Assembly (NCBI GenBank): GCA_025782575.1
Contig: JALGYY010000017.1
Span: 862,232-926,231 of the forward strand
DNA: 64,000 nt
Reading direction: 5' to 3'
DNA from: a bacterium
GTDB taxonomy: Bacteria > Orphanbacterota > Orphanbacteria > Orphanbacterales > Orphanbacteraceae
Shown: one piece after another, positions 18,316 through 27,030 of the stretch
Layout of the letters: every line of letters begins with the position of its first letter
Position numbering within the stretch: the stretch's first letter is position 1
The notes under the pieces: model-generated
What the model saw: only the letters and a program-made list of their open reading frames with translations
Database searches by the model: none
Told to the model about the DNA's origin: nothing
Made by a program: the position numbers and the translations under genes

Positions 18316-19578
18316 TCAGTACTTCGCCGAGATTATCTCGGACCGGTACGTTGTGTTCCCTACCCGGTCAAGTGCTTCGACCACGACAACATTCAAGCCG
18401 CGCTCGAGGGCGACTGTATCTTCAAAGAATCCCGCTCGATCCATGGATACTCTTACCTTCTGAATAAATACGATTGATCCTGGTTCCGCTTTCCCCCGAA
18501 GGACCAGGTGATCCGCGTTCACCGGGCCGGAGGGGAAATCGATCTGCAGCTTCGGCGCCACCATATCTCCGACGAGCCGGAAGCTGCGCGCCTGACTCGC
18601 CGACCCTTCGAGGTCGGCCGCAAGCCCGATCACCTTCCAGTAGTACGTCCCGCCGGTCAGATTGCCGAGAGTGTGTTCTTCTCCTCTGATTCTTGAATCA
18701 TAAACCACATTGCCGAATTTCTTATCTCGCGCAATCTGGAGGCGGTATGAGCCTGCCCCCTCCCCCTTCTTCCACTTGAGCCGGATCCGGGGCGGACTTT
18801 CGCGGTAGTAAGTGACATTCCCGTTGTCCGGTGCCAATAGAGTCGGTCGATCAGGAAGCGGGCTGACGAACACCGGCTCCTCGTCCTCCGAGGGCCCGAG
18901 AACGAGCGCTTCATTCGCCTTCAACGTGACGGTTTTCCCGTGGGAGGAGACCTCGGCCGTTCCTTCGTAAACCGAAATCGTGGCTGACTGATCGTCGTGA
19001 ACCACTATCCGGAATGAGGCATCTTCCGTACTGCCCTTGCTCGATCCGATCTCCGAAGTTCCGCCCGCCGTAACGACCTGGACAGTGAGAGCATCGGTAC
19101 CACCGCCGGAGATTCTCCCCCACAGCTCTCCTGAGAGCACCATCATCGATGCACGCCGTGATCGGTCGCCCTTCTCCGCTTTGTAATCCTTGATCACCAC
19201 CAGGGAGTTCTCCCCCAGGATGATCTCGCTCTCTTCACCAAAGGCGATCGTTGCCGCGGACTTCTCAAAGGTCTGAATCGCATGCTGCCGTCCGAGAGAC
19301 ATGCCTCCGTTGGACGATCCCCAGACAAGACCGTCGAATGGCTTGTCTTTTACTTTTCTCTGCACATCGGAGAGCGTGGCGACTTGAATCCATTCCTGGT
19401 CTGTCCGGGTAGACAGCTTTCCCGGGTTCACCAGTCCGAGAAGTCCGGAACCCTCCGGCAACAGAGCAGTCAGCATGCTAAGTAGCACAAGAAAGAAACC
19501 GACCACCAGTACGAGAGCGATCGTGATCTCCGTTACTCGCTGGACAATGCTGTTCACTCTCATCTTCTTGAGCCTCAT
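18316..19578 (-). CDS. Membrane-anchored FecR-domain protein with C-terminal Fn3/Ig-like domains
   Basis: Start chosen at ATG 19578 (MRLKKMRVNS...). It shares one base with the upstream TAA (TAATG). The TM anchor is ITIALVLVVGFFLVLLSMLTALL. The FecR-like block is ...ATIAFGEESEIILGENSLVVIKD...RISGG. An Fn3-like segment (PRIRLKWKKGEGAGSYRLQIARDKKF...GTYYWKV) and an Ig-like tail (LVLRGKAEPGSIVFI...GLNVVVVEALDRVGN) follow. Confidence 0.75.
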   Translation of the reverse strand: MRLKKMRVNSIVQRVTEITIALVLVVGFFLVLLSMLTALLPEGSGLLGLVNPGKLSTRTDQEWIQVATLSDVQRKVKDKPFDGLVWGSSNGGMSLGRQHAIQTFEKSAATIAFGEESEIILGENSLVVIKDYKAEKGDRSRRASMMVLSGELWGRISGGGTDALTVQVVTAGGTSEIGSSKGSTEDASFRIVVHDDQSATISVYEGTAEVSSHGKTVTLKANEALVLGPSEDEEPVFVSPLPDRPTLLAPDNGNVTYYRESPPRIRLKWKKGEGAGSYRLQIARDKKFGNVVYDSRIRGEEHTLGNLTGGTYYWKVIGLAADLEGSASQARSFRLVGDMVAPKLQIDFPSGPVNADHLVLRGKAEPGSIVFIQKVRVSMDRAGFFEDTVALERGLNVVVVEALDRVGNTTYRSEIISAKY

Positions 19579-22500
19579 TAGTACCATCCCTGTAATCTCA
19601 TGAACCAACCTCTCACCGAGTAGTCGTCCATGGAATACTCGTTATCGGAGAAGTCCGTGAAGTTGTAGCCCATCCCGAGTCGGAAGTTCTTCAGCAACGA
19701 CCAGGTCGCCTCATTCAACCAGCCCTTTCGATAGTCCTTCGCCTCTTCCTGGTGAAGGACCCTGTATTCCACGCCCAATCCGAGCTCCCGCCAGAGCCCG
19801 AGGTTGATTCTTTGGATGCCGAGGTAAGTGTGGGTCGTTACATCCGGGCGATCTTCGATCTTCTCATTCTTGATTCTCGCCGCTCCCTTTCCAAACCATT
19901 CGATACGTGGATGCACTTCGGCAACAAGTTCCACGGAAACAACGTCCATCCGTTTCTCATCCCGATCCATCTCGGCAAGAGCGCCGGGACGCATATCAAA
20001 GAGGTGGGAATAGCGGGCGAGCGCGTTCACTCGGTCGTGGCCGACCGGCCGATAGGCGAAGCCGATCGTCCGTTCTTCGAGACGGGCCTCGTCCTCATCC
20101 CGCTCCCTGTCGCGGGTCTTGCTGAATCGATAGACCCCGAGGAAAGAAAAATCGGGGGAGATCTTGAGATCGATTTGATTAACCGTAAAGTACTGGATCC
20201 GGTCCGCAATTCCGTTTTCGTACCTCACTTCATGGCGGGAACTGGCCTTGATGTTCCGCGTGTCGGAGTAGGCAATGCTTCCCGAGAGTGCGTTTCTCTC
20301 CGAACTCAGGCTGTCGGCATCTACTTGGGAAGTTTCGCCGCCGAGCAGTAGTTTAAGGCCCGGTCCGATCTCCCACTGGCGCTGTATCCCCATGAGAGAA
20401 ACGCGGCGGTCTCCGCTTCGAGTGTTCACCCATTGATACTCACTGTAGATACGGCTTCCCTTGGCGAACCGGGACTCACCTCCGAAGACCGTGGAAGTTT
20501 GATCGTCTCCCCCGCCGTTCAGAACCCTCTCAGTCAGATAGACGCGGCTATCGCCGATTGCCAGCGCGGCGCCGGCACGGCCCGACCGCCCACGCGTTCC
20601 CTCGGTTCCCTCCGCGTCGAGGGAGAGCGAGGGGAGAAGCTGATACGTCAGACCCAAAGTAGTCTGATCATTCTCGGGCCCGGAAAACGTCTGCTGGCGC
20701 TCCACCCGGCCTGAGATTTTCTCATTCGCGTTCGCGCTCAGCTTGACCGCGCCGAACTGGTTGTTCTCCAGGGAATTCCCGTCCCGATCTTCAGAGATTG
20801 AGCGAAGGTATTCCGCGCCGAATCCCCACCGGTCCGCGGCGTGACTCCACTGCACGGACCCGACGGTTTTCCTGGCCACCGTTCCCGCGCTCAGGGAGTC
20901 GGCCGTGAGATCTTCCTGATCGGTCCGCAAGCGCAGCGCCGACCGATCGGTCAATAGAAGCTCTCCGCTCACCCCGACCTTACGTGTACCTCGCTCCTGG
21001 AAGTTCCCGCTCGACTGGAACCCGGCCTCGAGCTCCTTCAGGTATGCCTTGATCAAGTATTTGTCGGGCTTCCGAATCCACTCACCCAGATCGATTTCGG
21101 CCGCCGCTTTCCAGGCCCGGCCCTGACGGGCGCCTTCTGGAGTGACCTCACGGTAGCTGAGCCCCCCATCGCTACTCACGAAGGTCGGTGAATCGGTTCC
21201 TTCCGTCTCCGCGAGCTCCGCCATGATTCGTGAGTTCTCACCTAACCGGATTTCCGCATCCGCCCCTTCCAGGAGGTACTGACCTGATTCGAGCTGATCG
21301 TCCACGTAGGTCGCGCCGACGGAGACTCGATCGCCGAGCTGGCGACGGCCTCGTGCCCCGAACGCATTCTCCTGGAAGAAATCGGCCCTGACCTCGTACT
21401 CCACCTCGATGAAGATCGGATCCCCGGATAGGATTTCCCGGTCCACCAGGTCTCCATCCGGTTCGACACTCGAGATCGGGCGCCGGAACATGATCCGGCC
21501 TTCCTCATACTTGATGGTGTAATCGAAATTCTGCTGTTGCGTCTCCCGTCGGAGAACGAGCCCCGTAATTTTGTCCCGCACCACAAGCGTGACCTGCTCG
21601 CTCCCCTCGATCAGATCGGAGTGACTCAGGTAGTAGAGAGAGCCGCCCGTCCCGGAGAGTTCGTCCCGCACGTGGAGCTGCCTCAGCTCCGCTCCGAAGA
21701 ACACGATCTCTGTGTCAGGTTTCCCGAAGCGTGTCTTGGAAGCGGATCGGTAAGTGGCCTGGCCGCCGTAGAGTGTCCTCCGGTAGGCGGCCAGCTCGGT
21801 GTCCGAGAGCGACAGCGGATAGTTCCCGACCAGAATTCCGATCTCGTCGCTCTCCAGAGCGAGATAGAACTTTCCCTGGCTCTCGCCGTCATAAGTCACG
21901 GAACTCGCATCCCCATAGACGGGGTAGAGCTTGTCAGGATCGAGGTTAGTCAGTAACCGCTCGGTTTTACCCAGGTCGATGTTACGGAAGATACCTTCAT
22001 AGCGATCCTTCTCGCTGTCAAAGGCGGACGTGACGAGATACTTGCCCGCGATGACCCCTTTGAGATAGAACGCAGCTCTTCCTTCCACGTAGAAGGTTCG
22101 TCCATCATCTACGCCGGTTCCTTCCAGGTGTCCCCTTCCGATGTACTCGCCGATCCGCCCCTCCGCAAAAGCGAGCAGGAAGAGTTCGTTCCGTGCCACA
22201 TCGATTTCCCTCTCGATGATTCCGTTACGTCCTTCCGGATCGGTTACCTGAACGGTAAGCAGACTCTTTCCGCGGGGCAGTTCGACGACCCCGTAGAAGC
22301 GGCCGTCTTCCTGGACCTCCAGAGATTGCCCGTTCGCCCGGACCTGGTTCTTCGGTTCCGTCTTCCCTGTGATCCGGAGATGAGCCGTGCTGAGCCGGAC
22401 GCCCGGCGGCGGAAGATCGACGGTAAGTATGGGGATCGCCTCGGCAATGATGAGAGCGTTCCCATCGCCATCCACGTCCGAGGCCAGTAGATCGACGTTG

Positions 22501-25016
22501 ACGATTCTCGATGCGCCCTGCGCGTTTTCTACGAGAATGCCACAGACATTGTGCCCGAGTGACAGCGGGAGTAGAGCCTGGAAATCCCCGCTCGAATTGA
22601 CGGGGATCTCGACCCCGTCAATCAGCAGTCTGTTCCCCGGGTTCGTCCGTCCCTTCAACCGGCACTCCACCAGCGGACTCTCCGAACCGCTGGCGGCGAT
22701 CCGGAACGAGCGGGACGAATCGCCATAGGCAAGACGTTGTTCCTGACGGGGGCTCGTGATTCCGATATGGGGTAGATGGATCGTCCCGCCGACATGCCTG
22801 TCTCCCGACCGGGCGATCTCCACTTCCAGAATGTCCGTTCCGTCATCATCAATCCGAGCGGTGAAGCGTCCGAGTTCGTCTATGGGCAGCGCCACGTCGT
22901 TGATCGACACCTGGGGGCTGGCCTCCGGCGTCTCCAATTCTTCCTGGATCACGACCGGGTGGTCCTGCTCCTCATTCTCCGAGGTTCTACCGGCCGCAAC
23001 CGTCCGGCTTTCCCCGTACCTGCGAATGCTGATCTGATCACCAGGGACCTCTAAGACCTCGGTAAGGTAGGCCGCAGTCGCCTCGGCCATCTTCCTGGAG
23101 TTCTGAGGGTCGTGATACGCGAATCCGGCTCGGTCGGTCTGTCCCTCGATCACGAAGTTCTCGTCCGGATGTTGCCGGATGAACCGGGCTCCCTCTCGGA
23201 GAGCCCGCTTGGCGGTCTCACTCAGGTCGGCCAGGTTTGCATCGAACGCATTTCCTGTCAGTCTGAGTATGGAGGTCGGCTTGCTATCCCCCCCGAAGCT
23301 CCTGCCGGAGTTCTCGGTGGTGATCCTGTCCGGAGAACGAACCTCCACCCGGTACTGATACCCTTCGCCCGCCTCGACACTCTCGTCCCGATCGGGGCGC
23401 ACCGCTGACGAGGTCGTCTCAGCATGTAATCCCTCGCCCTCGATCTGCCTTGTGGCACCGAGAGAGGAAGGGCTCGTTCTCAGGCCATTCTTGTTCGGCA
23501 ACAGAATCCGTTTCCCGTTCACCAGGATGGAAAGTGTCTCGACACTGCCGACGATATCGACCGGGAGGTTTCGCGCATCGGTGCGGATGGAGACGCCCAG
23601 TTCCGCCGGCTTACCGATACCGACCGATTCACCCTCGTATTGAACTCCGAAGCTCGCCTTCGCCATGAGTCCGGGCGTCACCCAGAGTACCCGGCTCTCA
23701 CCGTTCGTCGCTGAAGCGACTGTGGCCAGGCTGTTCAGATTGATTTTCACCATGCGCTGGCCGGGCCTGACGGCGGGGAAGTGATACCGTCCGTCGCCGT
23801 CCGTAATGGCGTACGTGCCGTTGTCGAGGGCGATCATCACTCCGGGAATGCCAAGCTCTCCGTCATCCTGCCGGCCATCGGAATCTTGATCCTCGAAGAC
23901 CTTTCCTATGATCGTGCTGAGATCGAAATCGGGATCCAGGGTGATCGTGACTTCCGCGCTCGCTTCGTTCGACACCAGACAGGAATCGCAATAATCCTTG
24001 GCGACTACACTGTTCCGATAGACTCCGGGCATCGCTCCTGAACCGACGACCAGTTGATACCGGAGCTCCAGGTACCCGGGCTCGTCGGGATCGATGCTCC
24101 CGTCACCATCCACGTCATCCCAGGCGGGAACTGTCCCGATCCGGAAGAGGGCGGGCCGTCGGCCGATCGGGTCGATCAGTCGCCTGCCGGCCAGAGTGGC
24201 GCTTCCTTCGATCAGTTTGAATCCCGCCGGGAATCGGTCTTCCAGCGAGACATCGACCACTTCGAATTCGGCGGTGTTTCGAATCAGCACGGTGTAGGTG
24301 ACCACATCTCCTACAATGCCGTACTTTCGATTCGCTTCTTTCTCGAGTTCGAGAACGGCGAGTTGGGGTTTCACAACCTGCACGACAAAGTCGTTGAAGT
24401 TGTTCGCCTCTCCATCCGCATTTCCGGGAGTCATGGATTGAGCGAGCTCATGATCCCCCGCGATTGATGAGAATGTCCCGAATCCCGCAGTGTCGGGGGC
24501 GGTTGCTCTGAACCGGATTTCGATCGGGGTCCCGGAGACCGTCACTTTGCTGCCGAACGAAATGGTCATCAGCGATTCACTCACCGTCGCCGAATACGTT
24601 TCGGGATCTTGAGCGGGGTTTTTGTTTCGCAACCTCGCTTCCCCGTAACGGACACCCTCGATCTCCACATCCCTGTACCCCCGTGGGATCAGAATGCGGA
24701 TGTGACGAATACCGGAATGATCCGCCATCATCGTCGGCATGACCGTGTAGGTGAACTGATTGCGCATGCTCGATACGAGGATTCGATTCGGTTTGATCTC
24801 AGCGACGATCGCCTCTGCCACCGCGCTCGATCGGTTCAGCGAAACCTGTGCCGTATCAGCGAAAGTGATTCCGTTCGCTCCTCCTGTGAATTCGTTCCGG
24901 ATCGTATCCGCCGGAGCGAGTCGTGGTGAGACGCACAGAGCAACCAGAACCAGAGCGGACAGAATACCCCCTCTCTTCAGGGCGAAGCCGGCGGTATGTC
25001 CGATGAATCGTCGCAT
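19578..25016 (-). CDS. Giant outer-membrane protein: unknown N-domain, DUF11, SdrD/Cna-B-like, OmpA-like, two Ig-like modules, then a C-terminal beta-barrel of about 870 aa
   Basis: 1812 aa with signal peptide ...ALVLVALCVSPRLAPA. DUF11 covers aa ~218-360 (LELEKEANRKYGIVGDVVTYTVLIRNTAEFEVVDVSLEDRFPAGFKLIEGS). A Cna-B/SdrD-like block covers aa ~366-460 (IIGKVFEDQDSDGRQDDGELGIPGVMIALDNGTYAITDGDGRYHF). The OmpA-like module covers aa ~585-690 (FVIEGQTDRAG...NSRKMAEATAAYL...RRYGES). From aa ~945 there are continuous amphipathic beta-strand patterns ending in ...GMGYNFTDFSDNEYSMDDYSVRGWFMRLQGWY. Confidence 0.85.
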   Translation of the reverse strand: MRRFIGHTAGFALKRGGILSALVLVALCVSPRLAPADTIRNEFTGGANGITFADTAQVSLNRSSAVAEAIVAEIKPNRILVSSMRNQFTYTVMPTMMADHSGIRHIRILIPRGYRDVEIEGVRYGEARLRNKNPAQDPETYSATVSESLMTISFGSKVTVSGTPIEIRFRATAPDTAGFGTFSSIAGDHELAQSMTPGNADGEANNFNDFVVQVVKPQLAVLELEKEANRKYGIVGDVVTYTVLIRNTAEFEVVDVSLEDRFPAGFKLIEGSATLAGRRLIDPIGRRPALFRIGTVPAWDDVDGDGSIDPDEPGYLELRYQLVVGSGAMPGVYRNSVVAKDYCDSCLVSNEASAEVTITLDPDFDLSTIIGKVFEDQDSDGRQDDGELGIPGVMIALDNGTYAITDGDGRYHFPAVRPGQRMVKINLNSLATVASATNGESRVLWVTPGLMAKASFGVQYEGESVGIGKPAELGVSIRTDARNLPVDIVGSVETLSILVNGKRILLPNKNGLRTSPSSLGATRQIEGEGLHAETTSSAVRPDRDESVEAGEGYQYRVEVRSPDRITTENSGRSFGGDSKPTSILRLTGNAFDANLADLSETAKRALREGARFIRQHPDENFVIEGQTDRAGFAYHDPQNSRKMAEATAAYLTEVLEVPGDQISIRRYGESRTVAAGRTSENEEQDHPVVIQEELETPEASPQVSINDVALPIDELGRFTARIDDDGTDILEVEIARSGDRHVGGTIHLPHIGITSPRQEQRLAYGDSSRSFRIAASGSESPLVECRLKGRTNPGNRLLIDGVEIPVNSSGDFQALLPLSLGHNVCGILVENAQGASRIVNVDLLASDVDGDGNALIIAEAIPILTVDLPPPGVRLSTAHLRITGKTEPKNQVRANGQSLEVQEDGRFYGVVELPRGKSLLTVQVTDPEGRNGIIEREIDVARNELFLLAFAEGRIGEYIGRGHLEGTGVDDGRTFYVEGRAAFYLKGVIAGKYLVTSAFDSEKDRYEGIFRNIDLGKTERLLTNLDPDKLYPVYGDASSVTYDGESQGKFYLALESDEIGILVGNYPLSLSDTELAAYRRTLYGGQATYRSASKTRFGKPDTEIVFFGAELRQLHVRDELSGTGGSLYYLSHSDLIEGSEQVTLVVRDKITGLVLRRETQQQNFDYTIKYEEGRIMFRRPISSVEPDGDLVDREILSGDPIFIEVEYEVRADFFQENAFGARGRRQLGDRVSVGATYVDDQLESGQYLLEGADAEIRLGENSRIMAELAETEGTDSPTFVSSDGGLSYREVTPEGARQGRAWKAAAEIDLGEWIRKPDKYLIKAYLKELEAGFQSSGNFQERGTRKVGVSGELLLTDRSALRLRTDQEDLTADSLSAGTVARKTVGSVQWSHAADRWGFGAEYLRSISEDRDGNSLENNQFGAVKLSANANEKISGRVERQQTFSGPENDQTTLGLTYQLLPSLSLDAEGTEGTRGRSGRAGAALAIGDSRVYLTERVLNGGGDDQTSTVFGGESRFAKGSRIYSEYQWVNTRSGDRRVSLMGIQRQWEIGPGLKLLLGGETSQVDADSLSSERNALSGSIAYSDTRNIKASSRHEVRYENGIADRIQYFTVNQIDLKISPDFSFLGVYRFSKTRDRERDEDEARLEERTIGFAYRPVGHDRVNALARYSHLFDMRPGALAEMDRDEKRMDVVSVELVAEVHPRIEWFGKGAARIKNEKIEDRPDVTTHTYLGIQRINLGLWRELGLGVEYRVLHQEEAKDYRKGWLNEATWSLLKNFRLGMGYNFTDFSDNEYSMDDYSVRGWFMRLQGWY

Positions 25017-25018
25017 AC

Positions 25019-25630
25019 CTACTTCACCCTCACTCTGAAACGGATCAACAGATCGGATTGCCCGGGCAAGTCGAGAACCTGATTAGCCTGGTCGGGAACT
25101 GTTCCCACAGTAATGAGCGCCGTGCCTGGTCGATCCTCATACTCCTGATACGAGGCGATATCATCCGGAGACCCTTGGATATCGGTCACAGGTATCCACC
25201 CGGAGGACCAGATGGCCCCATCGTCAGCAGCGTTGGAAACGACCGTGTACTCGATGCTCTCTGGGATGTACGTGAAAGCGGTCAGATCAAGAACGTCGGA
25301 GATGCGGATGTCATGTACTGAATAGAGAGTAGTGTTGCCTACGGAGAGGAGAAAGAAGATCTCTTCACCAGGGGCAACGTTCGACCCCTCAGGCAAGACG
25401 ATCCCCTTCAGATCAAGCGCCTGCTTTCGCAGAGCGAGATCTACCGATTGGATCTCGAATTTCGCGGACCCCGTCCCATCACCACCCAGTAAGGTGCCGT
25501 TGCTGATACCACCGATTCCTCCGAACACGGCATTCGTTGCAGCGAAAGCCGGTGGCGGTATCCCAACAAGCATCCACCCGGCAGTGACGATCAGGCATAG
25601 GGCCACACGCCGAGCCAGGGCAACACTCAC
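25019..25630 (-). CDS. Small secreted DUF11-like subunit B
   Basis: GTG start with signal peptide ...VGIPPPAFA|ATNAVFGG... A Gly-rich N-terminal segment of about 30 aa is followed by one DUF11-like domain (APGEEIFFLLSVGNTTLYSVHDIRISDVLD..FTYIPES ... LLIRFRVRVK). The stop lies 2 nt before the start of the 1812-aa gene. Confidence 0.7.
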   Translation of the reverse strand: MSVALARRVALCLIVTAGWMLVGIPPPAFAATNAVFGGIGGISNGTLLGGDGTGSAKFEIQSVDLALRKQALDLKGIVLPEGSNVAPGEEIFFLLSVGNTTLYSVHDIRISDVLDLTAFTYIPESIEYTVVSNAADDGAIWSSGWIPVTDIQGSPDDIASYQEYEDRPGTALITVGTVPDQANQVLDLPGQSDLLIRFRVRVK

Positions 25631-25858
25631 ATCGATTTTCCTACAGCCAGGTTCCTCGCGAGTTACGGACGCGTCGCTTTGACCGGGTGAGTCCGCACCA
25701 GGCGAACTCTCCCTCGCACAACAACTCTCCGCATCCCGGAGGGAGTAGCGTCATGTCTTCTCCGTGCAGACCGAATTGGCCCAGCACGGCAACCATGGAT
25801 TCCAGCTCGGAGCGACAGGGATCAGCAATTACAGCCCCCCTCACTCCATGGCCGTCAA

Positions 25859-26434
25859 CTAGTCCACGGTCGCCTCAAAGAGAACCACCCAGACATTCCC
25901 GGCTGCGATATCGAGTTGCAGGTTCCCCGGCAATCCAAGACTGACAGTTCCGGCACTCTCTCCCCCGACATCGGTGCTGTTCACAGGATCGAGGAGCGCG
26001 GTGTTGCCTTCGACAGCCGCCCAGATGGCCGCTTCCGTCGCGCCGGTCGCAAGGGTGTTGTCCACGCGAATGGAACTGGACACGTATGTAAACCCGGTTA
26101 ACGGATCCGATACGCGAATATCAGAGACGGGCACGCCAGTGCTGTTGTCGATATAGATCATGAACCCCACGACTGTACCGGAAGGGATGTTGGCACCCGG
26201 GCTCAGCTGTGTTCCGTCGGTAAGAAACGCCGTCTTCACAAGAGCGAGTGTGTCGGAGTTCAAAGTGAAAATATTTGAGTTCACAAGATCCGCATCAACA
26301 CCTGCAATACTACCGGTTGCCTGGTTAGTAGCCGCCGTCGCTGTTGAAACCGTCAGAAAACTGACAGAAATGACTACGATCAGCAGCAAGGGGAGGCGAA
26401 TCAGACTGGGTCCACGTATGAAGCCCGTTTTCAT
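25859..26434 (-). CDS. Small secreted DUF11-like subunit A
   Basis: Start moved to ATG 26434 (AAGGAGA RBS). The signal peptide is ...LTVSTATA|ATNQATGS... One DUF11-like domain follows (IPSGTVVGFMIYIDNSTGVPVSDIRVSDPLTGFTYVSSS ... NVWVVLFEATVD). It is a paralogue of subunit B and of the adhesin C-terminus. Confidence 0.7.
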   Translation of the reverse strand: MKTGFIRGPSLIRLPLLLIVVISVSFLTVSTATAATNQATGSIAGVDADLVNSNIFTLNSDTLALVKTAFLTDGTQLSPGANIPSGTVVGFMIYIDNSTGVPVSDIRVSDPLTGFTYVSSSIRVDNTLATGATEAAIWAAVEGNTALLDPVNSTDVGGESAGTVSLGLPGNLQLDIAAGNVWVVLFEATVD

Positions 26435-27030
26435 TTTCTTTAATCTCCTTTTACGAACAAAGAATACAAATAGTCGATGTCCGGTACGTTGCATCCCATA
26501 GCTGAGGGAAAAGCCGTATCGAACTACCGCGATTTGATATCAGAGAAGATTCACTCGCTTCCGCGCATTCCTCATGCCGACGAACATGCCGATCCTCCTT
26601 TCCGGTCTAAAAAATGAGCCGGACACGACGACGACGGAGAGCACATATCTCCTCATTTCCTTGTATCGGAAGAAGTTAGGGTTTACATGACCCGATGCTC
26701 CGCTGGAAAACCCGACCCGGGATTTGTCTGGAAATGTGAGTTGTTCAGGGGCTGAGATCAGCGATGGATCGGGAGATTTCTAGCGCGCGAGAGACTCTAT
26801 GTCGTTGAATTCATTCATGATGCGGGAAAAGATCGCCGCGGGGAGCTCGATGTCCGGCCCCATTTACCGACAAAAAAAACCCCCGGTCGGTCATGCATCG
26901 CCCATCTCCTGCCCTCCCACGACATGAACGAACGCGCTGCCCAACACGGGGGTAAGAAGTGTTCCTCTTCCCGTAAACGACTATACGAATGCTTTGGAAA
27001 AAGTGTCAACGGGCGGCAGGCTCGGAGGAG

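Noticed and set aside
25641-25844. 67-aa ORF in the spacer between the two subunit genes
   Set aside because: It has no RBS, signal peptide or recognisable feature. I treat the spacer as non-coding, possibly regulatory.
26861-26890. A8/T8 run with flanking CCGAC/GTCGG as a cysS terminator
   Set aside because: The T-run would fall inside the loop rather than after the stem, and the stem is only 5-6 bp. This is not convincing.
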